Assembly (NCBI RefSeq): GCF_000698785.1
Contig: NZ_CP007536.1
Coordinates: 1,590,001 to 1,622,000, forward strand
DNA length: 32,000 bases
Direction: 5' to 3'
Source of the DNA: Nitrososphaera viennensis EN76
GTDB lineage: Archaea; Thermoproteota; Nitrososphaeria; Nitrososphaerales; Nitrososphaeraceae
Numbering within the stretch: the stretch's first letter is position 1; each line of letters starts with the position of its first letter. This document shows, in pieces, positions 13,925-21,875 of this stretch. The notes beneath the pieces are model-generated. The model was not told the DNA's origin, did not search any database, and worked only from the letters and a program-made list of their open reading frames with translations. A program made the translations under genes and the position numbers.

Positions 13925-15976
13925 ATGAACCTTAATTCAGACGCAAGGGCGGTAGCGGGATGTACGTTCGTGGTAGCGGTGCTGTTGATAGGCTGTGCGG
14001 CGTACCCTCTGATGGGCGGCGTTGCACATGCAGCCACCACGTCGGAGAGCCTCACCATAAACGCATTTTCCCTGCCAGATGGCGACGCGGTCAGCGTACT
14101 GGTGGAAATCCGGGCAGGCGAGAGCCTGATAAAGTCTGGATTTGCCCCGCTGACCATTGCGGGACAAGCCGGCACGATATACACCATCAAGGTGAGCAAC
14201 AGCCAGAGCTATGCATTTGACCACTGGCAGGACGGCAGCAAAAGCAACACCAAGGCGGTACTCCTGTCCGGGGACACCACGCTTGCGGCTTTCTTCAAGA
14301 AGGTCTCTACGCCTCCAAACCTCACCGTAAGTGCAGTGACGCCCAACGGCGAAGAGCTCCACATGTGGACGACTATCAGGTCGGGCATACAAACTGTGGG
14401 CGCAGGGCTGACGCCCTTTTCGTTTAGCGGGGCGCCGGGCAGGACGTACCAGCTGATAGTTGGAAACCAGGAAGCAGAAAATGCCTCTCTTGTGGAAGGA
14501 AACACGTCGTCGCTCTCGGGAATCGCTCCAATCAGCATCATTTTCAACCACTGGCAGGATAACAACGACAGGAGCAGGACGCGCGATGTCACCCTGCCGG
14601 CCGACGGCACGCCCTTGAACCTTGTTGGAGTATACAACAAAGGCGACAGGATCACGCTTGAAGACCTGGGAGTGCTGCAGCTTGTATCGCACGACCTGTA
14701 CAACACCATCCGCGACGGGCCAAACCCGGGAAGCATAGAGGACGAGAGGCTCAACCTCAGCACAGTGCTTGACCACGGGGAGAACCAGATAATCGTCGGA
14801 GGAGAGCCAAGGAACAGCGAGAACATCGCAATCCACACGGTAGCTGTAAAGCTGGGCAAGATGTACCTCGACCTCGTAATAGACAAGAAGATGAAGCCAG
14901 AGGACGCAAGAGAGCAGACGGTGCAGGTCTACCTGCAGATGGTTGCAAAGGCCTACCAGAACACCTTTGGCGAGCCGCTTCCCGACGCGGCGCCCAGCGA
15001 GCACGAAGACAAGCCGGACGGCACCGAGAACCTTACAGGCGACCTTTCGTTGAGGGCCATTCACTCGTATGTCCCAGGCCACATCATCGTAAACGGGGTG
15101 GACACGATGATACTGGATCCGTCGCTCAGAGGAAAAACACTGTCTGATGAAGACATGCGGCAGCTGTCAAAGCCGCTTGACGGGACGTTTGATCCTGTGT
15201 TCAGGAACGTCACCATATTCCTTCCCCCGCCCAACCCGCCGCCGAACACCTTTACCATCGACCTCTTTGAAAGGGACAGCACGTTTGCGACGCAGTTTGG
15301 GACCGACGTTTCGTTCGAGGAGTTTATGGACGAGCTCAAGGACGGCCGATTTGACGAGAAGGAGAAGGTGATGTTCTACCTGAGGGAGGATATCGCCAAC
15401 GGGTTGATGCCTCCAGAAGAGGAGGGAGGAGGAGAGGAGGAAGGCAGCGGCGAAGTTGCAGCAGGGGAAGTGGCGGCGGTTGCCAACGCGACCGCTACCG
15501 CATCCGCAACTGCTACTGCATCCGCAAATGGGACGGTCAGCACACCTGCCATTCCTCCAACACTTGCCTCAAATGTAGAGACGGCGCAGGAACAGGCGAT
15601 GACAACTAGTAGCAGCGAGCAGCCTGCAACGGGTGACAACAACGGCAGCAGTAACGTGCAAGGACCGGCGAATGACAACGAGGAGGAGGAAGATGAAGAG
15701 CGCGAGTCGGCCAATGGCGGTAGCAGTGGCGATGATGATGATAACAGCAGGCATGGTGATGGTGATGATGATGACGAAGAGCGCCACAGGGACAGACACG
15801 GTCGCAGCAGCAATGATAGTAGCAGTGATGACGATGACAGGGGAGAAAGAGATGATGACGGCAGAAGAAATTGGGACAGAAATGGCGGCGATAATGGGCA
15901 CGACCGGTCATCAGAGGATAATGATGATGACGGCTCCATATTGAGGAGGCTACTTTCTTTTCAACGCCCTAGGTGA
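13925..15976 (+). CDS. Large secreted protein: signal peptide, two tandem beta-repeat domains (F[DN]HWQD motif), unknown middle domain, long acidic D/N/G/R/S tail
   Basis: 683 aa. N-terminal FVVAVLLIGCAAYPLMGGVAHA. Repeats end in YAFDHWQDGSKSN and IIFNHWQDNNDRS. PPPNPPPN linker. Acidic tail from about 15631. Confidence 0.8.
   Translation: MNLNSDARAVAGCTFVVAVLLIGCAAYPLMGGVAHAATTSESLTINAFSLPDGDAVSVLVEIRAGESLIKSGFAPLTIAGQAGTIYTIKVSNSQSYAFDHWQDGSKSNTKAVLLSGDTTLAAFFKKVSTPPNLTVSAVTPNGEELHMWTTIRSGIQTVGAGLTPFSFSGAPGRTYQLIVGNQEAENASLVEGNTSSLSGIAPISIIFNHWQDNNDRSRTRDVTLPADGTPLNLVGVYNKGDRITLEDLGVLQLVSHDLYNTIRDGPNPGSIEDERLNLSTVLDHGENQIIVGGEPRNSENIAIHTVAVKLGKMYLDLVIDKKMKPEDAREQTVQVYLQMVAKAYQNTFGEPLPDAAPSEHEDKPDGTENLTGDLSLRAIHSYVPGHIIVNGVDTMILDPSLRGKTLSDEDMRQLSKPLDGTFDPVFRNVTIFLPPPNPPPNTFTIDLFERDSTFATQFGTDVSFEEFMDELKDGRFDEKEKVMFYLREDIANGLMPPEEEGGGEEEGSGEVAAGEVAAVANATATASATATASANGTVSTPAIPPTLASNVETAQEQAMTTSSSEQPATGDNNGSSNVQGPANDNEEEEDEERESANGGSSGDDDDNSRHGDGDDDDEERHRDRHGRSSNDSSSDDDDRGERDDDGRRNWDRNGGDNGHDRSSEDNDDDGSILRRLLSFQRPR
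15631..15934 (+). repeat. Coding low-complexity acidic module, related to 8528-8746
   Basis: GDNNGSS...GGSSGDDDDNSRHGDGDDDDEERHRDRHGRSSNDSSSDDDDRGERDDDGRRNWDRNGGDNGHDRSSEDNDDDG. Shares the D-RGERD-DDG-RRN-D core with the deacetylase module. Confidence 0.8.
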
Positions 15977-16071
15977 ACTGGCACCCTCTGCATTCAGTAC
16001 ACATATCTGATGCAGCAATAGTAACAGGCTTGAAAAATGAGATAAAGCCACCAGTTTTTCTTTTCTTCTTA

Positions 16072-16227
16072 TTAATGCACGGCTTCCTTTGCCTTTTTTA
16101 TCAATTCGTCGATCGAGAGATCTTTGCTTTTCAAGCTGACGTCTGTTTGCTCGATGATGTAATTGCTTGTCGTGTCAATTCTCCGCTTTGAGATGAAAAC
16201 CTCGTTGCGGTTGTCAGAGTAGCTCAT
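16072..16227 (-). CDS. Possible small protein (51 aa)
   Basis: MSYSDNRNEVFISKRRIDTTSNYIIEQTDVSLKSKDLSIDELIKKAKEAVH, preceded by aaaGGTGAcaa ATG. Not in the ORF track (under 60 aa). Confidence 0.35.
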   Translation of the reverse strand: MSYSDNRNEVFISKRRIDTTSNYIIEQTDVSLKSKDLSIDELIKKAKEAVH

Positions 16228-16348
16228 TTGTCACCTTTCCCTCACATTTGTAGGCATAGAAAGTTCGGATAGAACGAACGCGGAGAATTAAATAAACGCA
16301 GTGGAAGTGACTACTATTATTATTTATCACATCTACTGAACGAACGGC

Positions 16349-16372
16349 TTTTTCATGCATATGCATGAAAAA
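16349..16372. promoter_or_regulatory. Perfect 24-bp palindrome TTTTTCATGCATATGCATGAAAAA
   Basis: Self-complementary over 16349-16372. Intergenic, between the stop of 16387-17304 and the small ORF 16072-16227. Carries the ATGCATG core also seen upstream of amoC. Confidence 0.5.
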
Positions 16373-16386
16373 AGAAGGAGGAAGAT

Positions 16387-17304
16387 TCAGGATTGCTTTG
16401 TGCCGCATGACGAGCAGAACTTGGCCTCCTTTGGTATCTGGACGCCGCAGCTGGTGCAGTACTTTGTTTCTGTCGTCACGTTTACCTGCTCAAAGCTCCT
16501 CAGGACCTTGTCCTCCCCCACAAGCTCGTTAATGCCCGCCAGGACGCCCCGTATGATGTCGTCGTTGAGGTTGAACACCGGCTTGACAGTTCTACCATTC
16601 GCATCCTTGCATGCCAGCTGTATCATCAGGTCGTCCTCGCTGAGCCCCTTCTTTCTTGCTATGATGTGAGCCTCGATGACGTTGGCAGAAGGTATCGCGA
16701 TTTCCCGGGAATCCGGCGACTTGAAGGCAAGCCTGTTCTTTCCGCCCTTTTCTCGCACAAGGAGCAGCTTGCCTCCCAGGACCTGCTCGTTCCATCCGGG
16801 GTAGCCTTCAACATAGTCGCAGTCGTATGCCCTGCTGTCCGTGCTGACTCCGGCGGCAGTAATGGAAGAAGAGGATGAGGGCTTGTCAGTGGCGCGCAGG
16901 GCGCTGTCTGCAAGGAACCTTGACTGGTCCCGGATGTACTTCCAGAGGTTGTCCTCGAATTTCTTGGCCGTGTACAGTTTGACAAGGGTGGCGCTTATAC
17001 CGACGACGGGCACGATAAAGAGTGGCGCAGACGTTACGAGGTTCTTGCCCCATTCGCCCGTGCCCACAGAAACCTCAAAACTGCCTGGAGAGCCCTTTAT
17101 GGTGATGTCCGTGCTCCTCCTTGCTCCCGCAACGGTGCGCAGGGCGCTGGCCTTTCTTGCCTGGATAAAGAACCACGACGCAGGCTCTGTAGGGTCTTTT
17201 GAAAATGCGACCTCAAACCCGCTTTCCTGCAGGTACATCTCTATCCTGTTGGCAAGCCTTTCCAAGTCGGTATTCAGTCCAGAAAATTTTTCAGTTTTCC
17301 CCAT
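16387..17304 (-). CDS. Hypothetical protein with a central TM segment and a C-terminal zinc ribbon
   Basis: 305 aa. Hydrophobic LVTSAPLFIVPVVGISATLV. C-terminus KYCTSCGVQIPKEAKFCSSCGTKQS (CxxC...CxxC). Confidence 0.75.
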   Translation of the reverse strand: MGKTEKFSGLNTDLERLANRIEMYLQESGFEVAFSKDPTEPASWFFIQARKASALRTVAGARRSTDITIKGSPGSFEVSVGTGEWGKNLVTSAPLFIVPVVGISATLVKLYTAKKFEDNLWKYIRDQSRFLADSALRATDKPSSSSSITAAGVSTDSRAYDCDYVEGYPGWNEQVLGGKLLLVREKGGKNRLAFKSPDSREIAIPSANVIEAHIIARKKGLSEDDLMIQLACKDANGRTVKPVFNLNDDIIRGVLAGINELVGEDKVLRSFEQVNVTTETKYCTSCGVQIPKEAKFCSSCGTKQS

Positions 17305-17448
17305 GCGGTCAGCACACAGAAGGTAGTATTTTAATCTAAACGGTTCTTCTATAGTTAGAAGTTACCTTACTAATTTCCGGAGGATACTAGCAGGCGTACG
17401 AGCTTTTCTTTGTCTTCTTGATGCCATCGCCTCTTTTGTACAGCCTGT

Positions 17449-17470
17449 GCGCATGCGTGTATGCATGCGC
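17449..17470. other. Inverted repeat GCGCATGC-gtgtat-GCATGCGC next to an A7/T7 run
   Basis: 8-bp arms at 17449-17456 and 17463-17470. On the minus strand a T7 run directly follows the stop of 17488-18114, so this may act as a terminator. Confidence 0.35.
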
Positions 17471-17487
17471 GATAAAAAAATGATCCG

Positions 17488-18114
17488 TCACACGAAACCC
17501 AGCGCCAGGTTTGCCATCACGAATATCAGGGCTACCTGAAAGACTCCCTGGCTCCCTGCCAGCTTGATGTTTCTCATGCCCCATTTTATTATCTTGTTCC
17601 GGTCAGGCTCTTTTTTGCGAAGCTCCAGGTAGACCCTGACCTCGGTAGGCATTATCATTCCAAAGCCCTGGACGGAGAGGATGATCACGATGACTATGGC
17701 CGCGATTATGGTGGGCGATTCCAGCGTCAACAGGCCCAGCCTGTCTGCAAGGTTTATGCCGGAGGTTATCGCCACGGACGCAAGGGACGGCATTAGAAAG
17801 AGCATGACAGGCACCAGCTTTTTGATCACCTGCGTCCTTGCCTGCGGCTCCAGGCCCTTCATCACCCTGCTCATCACGAGCCCCATGAAGAGGTCGATGC
17901 CGGTCCAGGTCCCGCCGGTGATCACGTGGACGTAGTTGAGGGCAAGCAGGTTTCCGTAGACAAGGGCAAAGATGAGGCCGGCTATCGGAACCAGCAGGGT
18001 CAGCATAGAATACGGCGATACTATGCGGTGTTGTTTTTCCTCGATCACTTTTCTTTGTAGACCAAGCTTGTAATTATGTGTTAATTGAAAGAACAATATG
18101 CCGCCGGTTGGCAC
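17488..18114 (-). CDS. Polytopic membrane protein, unknown function
   Basis: Hydrophobic helices throughout (LLVPIAGLIFALVYGNLLAL, GIDLFMGLVM, VPVMLFLMPSLASVAI, IIAAIVIVIILSVQGFGMI, VFQVALIFVMANLALGF). GTG at 18114; ATG at 18006 is an alternative start. Confidence 0.7.
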   Translation of the reverse strand: MPTGGILFFQLTHNYKLGLQRKVIEEKQHRIVSPYSMLTLLVPIAGLIFALVYGNLLALNYVHVITGGTWTGIDLFMGLVMSRVMKGLEPQARTQVIKKLVPVMLFLMPSLASVAITSGINLADRLGLLTLESPTIIAAIVIVIILSVQGFGMIMPTEVRVYLELRKKEPDRNKIIKWGMRNIKLAGSQGVFQVALIFVMANLALGFV

Positions 18115-18233
18115 AAGATCTATAGTTTGGCTATACCAAAAAGTTGATGATTGACGTTATTGATCAGGATTATTTTGCATTTTGACCACTATACGTTTCT
18201 ACAATAACCAGCTTTATGATATGAATAATTAAC

Positions 18234-18407
18234 ATGAGCGAGTCAGCTTTGGAAGGCGCCATTTTCTTTATGATGAGGACATACCTTGATTCTGGGCTTG
18301 TCACTCCAGAGCAAGCAAACCACGTGCTGCAGAGGTTGCAGGAAAGAACCAAGGAGTATTGTTCTTCACGGTATCATTCTGGTGGCGCCAAGTTCCGGGC
18401 CGAATAA
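18234..18407 (+). CDS. Possible small protein (57 aa)
   Basis: MSESALEGAIFFMMRTYLDSGLVTPEQANHVLQRLQERTKEY..., with an AT-rich TATA-like stretch immediately upstream. More protein-like than the antisense ORF 18170-18352. Confidence 0.35.
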   Translation: MSESALEGAIFFMMRTYLDSGLVTPEQANHVLQRLQERTKEYCSSRYHSGGAKFRAE

Positions 18408-18498
18408 CTGCAAAGCGATGCGATGTTCGGCTCTATTTGATCCTTTTATCTGAATTTCATGGTAGACTGTTTTATAATCGCATAAAGTCTTTTATTTT

Positions 18499-18774
18499 TT
18501 GGATACCGTTTATAGAAACGACGCATCTGGGGGCCGAAGCGTGGAAGCTACTCAACTACATCCACCAAACATCAAACAATCACGACCCCGGGTGCTGAAT
18601 TTCTTGCTCTGTCCGTCATGCTACTGGTCTGCCTCAGATATTGCGAATTGGAAGCCGGACGCCTGTCCCACGTGCAAGAGCTCCCCGATAAGCTGCATTC
18701 CAGTCAAACTGGACAGCTACAATGATAATGGTAGCAGTAATAATAATACACGCATTATTCGCCAGACTCTATAA
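18499..18774 (+). CDS. Small CxxC...CPxC zinc-finger protein with an Asn/Ser-rich tail
   Basis: ...FLLCPSCYWSASDIANWKPDACPTCKSSPISCIPVKLDSYNDNGSSNNN.... Paralogue of 28882-29337. Start uncertain (TTG). Confidence 0.5.
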   Translation: MDTVYRNDASGGRSVEATQLHPPNIKQSRPRVLNFLLCPSCYWSASDIANWKPDACPTCKSSPISCIPVKLDSYNDNGSSNNNTRIIRQTL

Positions 18775-19248
18775 GCAGTAGACCTGTGTGACCCTGTCCC
18801 GACTTCATACGTGCTAGCAGATATGCCCAAAATATCACAGAAGAGGCCGGACTTGTGTGTTCGGCGTTTCATTGAAACTGAAGATAGTGACAGAAAGCCT
18901 TAAGGCTAATTTCTGCAAAAGACACGTAGCCAACTGGCCGAAAAAGAAGACAGATGCACTGTTCGGCGCCGCGCAGCAGGTAAAGGCCTGCTGGGCCTAG
19001 GTTAAAAATCAGTGCCTGCAAGACGCCGGAAAAGGTGGTCTGCCACTCGCAAGGGTGGAAGGATAGTCCAAATGCATCTTACAGGGGCAAACCACGGGGC
19101 TGCCAGGACCCTTGGAAGCAGTCTCGAAGGGAAAGCCACATGTCTTCGAAAGCCAGTTGGCTTTCATTTCATTCAACAGGCCTGCGCTTTGGTGCGAGGC
19201 ATCACACATACTTGTGATGAAAAACTCTGCAACTTTGAAATAATTATT

Positions 19249-19581
19249 TTAGCTTGCAGACACGCTAGGTGATTGGCGATGAAATGCTATTTCGGTCTTT
19301 AGATCCTTCAGGACGGCCGCTAAAATGGCAAGCGACGAATCTCTAAAGAATTTGCCTATCGCATCCTCCAGAATTGCTGGATCGGAAATGATGGCTTTTT
19401 CATCCACCTTGTAAACCGACTTTAGAGTCTTTAATACCAGATCCGAGGTCGTAGAGCCCAGTACTTTATTGAAGGCAGAAGCCAATACACTCTGTAATTT
19501 ATCGTCTTTCCATTCTGAATATTTTTTTGCGCCGTCATGAATGGTATATTCATGGGCATTTAGAATGGTAATATGCAGCAA
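19249..19581 (-). CDS. Small helical hypothetical protein (TTG start)
   Basis: VLASAFNKVLGSTTSDLVLKTLKSVYKVDEKAIISDPAILEDAIGKFFRDSSLAILAAVLKDL has the same pattern as ORF 1042-1314. Confidence 0.5.
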   Translation of the reverse strand: MLHITILNAHEYTIHDGAKKYSEWKDDKLQSVLASAFNKVLGSTTSDLVLKTLKSVYKVDEKAIISDPAILEDAIGKFFRDSSLAILAAVLKDLKTEIAFHRQSPSVSAS

Positions 19582-19793
19582 AAGAATCCAGCCTCAATTA
19601 TTACAAGAACCCATTATGCTACATATGCAATTGCTCTTATACGCCTGAAAGAATGAGTCAGCACCTTATGCTTGACCACACAAGAGAGGAGGTAGCTCGT
19701 CACCTTGCGGTAATTAACGTTGATGATTGGCGCGAAGAGGCCGAGCTGCAAGCCGAGAGCAATTCCACGCTGCAGCAGCTGCTTCGCAATTAA
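19572..19793 (+). other. C2H2-type zinc-finger reading frame with no in-frame canonical start before the finger
   Basis: A stop-to-stop frame encodes ..NPLCYICNCSYTPERMSQHLMLDHTREEVARHLAVINVDDW... (C-x2-C-x12-H-x4-H). The only in-frame ATG lies after the Cys pair. The upstream ATG at 19573 is in another frame. Confidence 0.3.
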
Positions 19794-20030
19794 GCAGCTT
19801 TCACACCTTGTGGACTATTCAGGCCTCTGTGTCTGCTACAGGAGCCTGTGAATGGAGTAATCAAACCTCTTTTTGGTGTAGAAGAACACGCCAGCTTGCG
19901 ATACAGCGGCCTTTCTCTTCCAGGTACAACACAGGCAGGACGACACTGTTCAAACAGGTTTGAAATCCTCGCCTATTCAAAATGACAAGAAGAGCTTTTG
20001 AACTAAGATGATAAATGAAAAGAAGAAAAA

Positions 20031-21266
20031 CTAGGACGAAGGCAAGTCGTCTTTCTTTTCTTCTTCTTTTTCCTCTTCTTTCTTTTCCTGTTGCTTTAGG
20101 GAACCGGCAAGCTTCCAGCCAAACTTGATGACGTAGGGCGAAAGGAACGTGGTGATTATGGTCATCGTGCCGACCATTGGAAGGATGAACGAGCTTGTCG
20201 CACCGACGTCCGCGCCGCCCTTGGCCGTCACAAGCGCCAGCTCGCCGCCGGACGCAGACAGCGCAAAGCCTGCCTTCATCGACGTCTTTTTGTCCGTGCG
20301 CAGCATCTTGGCGGAAAAGTACACGGTTGTGAATTTTGCCCCGAACGACGTGGCGATCAGTATCATGGCAGGGACTATGAACAGCGGAAGCAGGGAAATA
20401 TCCATGAGCGCCCCCACGGAAACAAAGAACAGGGCCGCAAACATGTCCCTCAGCGGCATGGACAGGACCCGGGCCACCGCATGGGACTTGGATTCTGCCA
20501 CGAGCACGCCTGCAAAAAAGGCGCCGGCCGCGACGGAGATCCCTATCTCGTTTGCGATGAACGACAGTCCAAACGCCACGCCCAGAACGGCCACTATGAC
20601 CAGATCGTGGTGGTTGGTCTTGCCGACGAGGTCTACAAACTTGGGCACAGTCTTGGAGCCGATGAACAGGGCGCCTCCTATGAACGCCAGCACGAGCCCG
20701 ACGGATATCCCTATTTCCTGTATCGAAAGGCTGCCGGTCGACGCAACGGACTGCAATACTGCAAGTATAGAGACGATGATGATGTCCTCGATGACTGCGA
20801 CTCCCAGGAGAAGAATCGATGCCTTGTCCTGCAGCATGCCAAGCTCTTCAAGAACGCGCATCACTATCACCGTGCTCGTGACGGAGATCGAAAGCGCCAG
20901 AAACAGGCTGTCAAACAGCGCCAGCCCCATCGCCTGGCCGACAACGTATCCCAGAGCCAGCGTGCCAAAGGCTTCAGTCATTGCTATGACAAGAGCCTTC
21001 TTGCCGACCGACCGCAGCTTGGCTATCGGGTATTCCAGGCCGACAACGAACAGCAGCAGGACGATCCCTATCTCTGCAAGGAGGTTGACGACCTCGGGAT
21101 GAGAGACTAATGAAAACGGCGGGGTATACGGGCCGATGAGCATTCCTGCCGCAATGTAGCCTATGACCATCGGCTGCTTTATCTTGTAAAAGACCAGGGC
21201 CATGACAGAAGCGATGACCATCACGATTGCAAAATCCTGAATTACCTGAGCCGCCTCTGCCGCCAT
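20031..21266 (-). CDS. Cation:proton antiporter, CPA2 family (Kef/NapA-type), no RCK domain
   Basis: 411 aa, about 12 TM helices. QPMVIGYIAAGMLIGP, LLLFVVGLE and AFFAGV motifs. Lys/Glu-rich tail. Confidence 0.9.
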   Translation of the reverse strand: MAAEAAQVIQDFAIVMVIASVMALVFYKIKQPMVIGYIAAGMLIGPYTPPFSLVSHPEVVNLLAEIGIVLLLFVVGLEYPIAKLRSVGKKALVIAMTEAFGTLALGYVVGQAMGLALFDSLFLALSISVTSTVIVMRVLEELGMLQDKASILLLGVAVIEDIIIVSILAVLQSVASTGSLSIQEIGISVGLVLAFIGGALFIGSKTVPKFVDLVGKTNHHDLVIVAVLGVAFGLSFIANEIGISVAAGAFFAGVLVAESKSHAVARVLSMPLRDMFAALFFVSVGALMDISLLPLFIVPAMILIATSFGAKFTTVYFSAKMLRTDKKTSMKAGFALSASGGELALVTAKGGADVGATSSFILPMVGTMTIITTFLSPYVIKFGWKLAGSLKQQEKKEEEKEEEKKDDLPSS

Positions 21267-21476
21267 TGTGATTACGTAGGTAGCATCAGTTAAAAATGTA
21301 CGCCAGAAATTTTGATGTTATCGTCCAGAACATATCAAGGCGCAGATAGCAAAGTCAATCCATGTACGGTTTGATACTGTAAGCTTGACTACTTCTATGC
21401 CCACAATATGCTATAATACGAGCTATCCAAGTGTGTAATCGAGTGCAAAACCTAACTCCAAGATAGTTTTGATTCA

Positions 21477-21866
21477 TTATGATCGTCTTACCTCCTCAAT
21501 TTTCCATTCATCGTTGACATAAAGTCCGATGATTTGCACTGGAAACTTCCACGAGTGGACTTCCTGAACTGCCCTCCTTATGTGCGCGTAATGATGTTCT
21601 TTGTCTCCCGGGTTGCCTGCACAATCGTGATGTCCTACCACCGCTATCACTTTTGAACCGTGCCTTTCTATGGATATAGAAGTCGCTCGTTTTATGAACA
21701 CCAACTCTTCCGAATGTTCGCAGTTTGCAAAGGTTCCGTCCGCGCCTGGAAAGTTTACCATGTCTACTCCATCAACTTCAAAGTTCTGCCTCATGTAGTC
21801 TATCACAACTTGCTGAGTCCTTCCGTCGATGCAGTTTATTGCGGTTCCGAACTTGAAACCTGTCAT
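21477..21866 (-). CDS. Small beta-carbonic-anhydrase-like protein (CxDxR ... HxxC motifs), 129 aa
   Basis: AINCIDGR (C12, D14, R16) and VVGHHDCAG (H79, C82) match the beta-CA zinc-ligand/dyad pattern and intervening topology. The protein is shorter than canonical beta-CAs. Lies 9 nt downstream of the MDR reductase. Confidence 0.5.
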   Translation of the reverse strand: MTGFKFGTAINCIDGRTQQVVIDYMRQNFEVDGVDMVNFPGADGTFANCEHSEELVFIKRATSISIERHGSKVIAVVGHHDCAGNPGDKEHHYAHIRRAVQEVHSWKFPVQIIGLYVNDEWKIEEVRRS

Positions 21867-21875
21867 TGACGAACC

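Noticed and set aside
13937-15082. 381-aa and 225-aa minus-strand ORFs inside the 683-aa secreted-protein gene
   Set aside because: They are antisense shadows of a long high-GC gene, with Arg/His/Val-rich composition. The plus-strand product has a signal peptide and repeat-domain structure.
19040-19160. Assignment of the hairpin-dense region to RNase P RNA or SRP RNA
   Set aside because: Only loose resemblance to CR-I (GGAAGGAUAGUCC), with a possible P4-like partner (UUGGCUUUC). The spacing of about 100 nt is too short for a type-A specificity domain, and I could not find the other conserved regions. Kept only as a generic ncRNA candidate.
20149-21110. 317-aa and 209-aa plus-strand ORFs
   Set aside because: Antisense to the CPA2 antiporter, whose 12-TM architecture and motifs are unambiguous.
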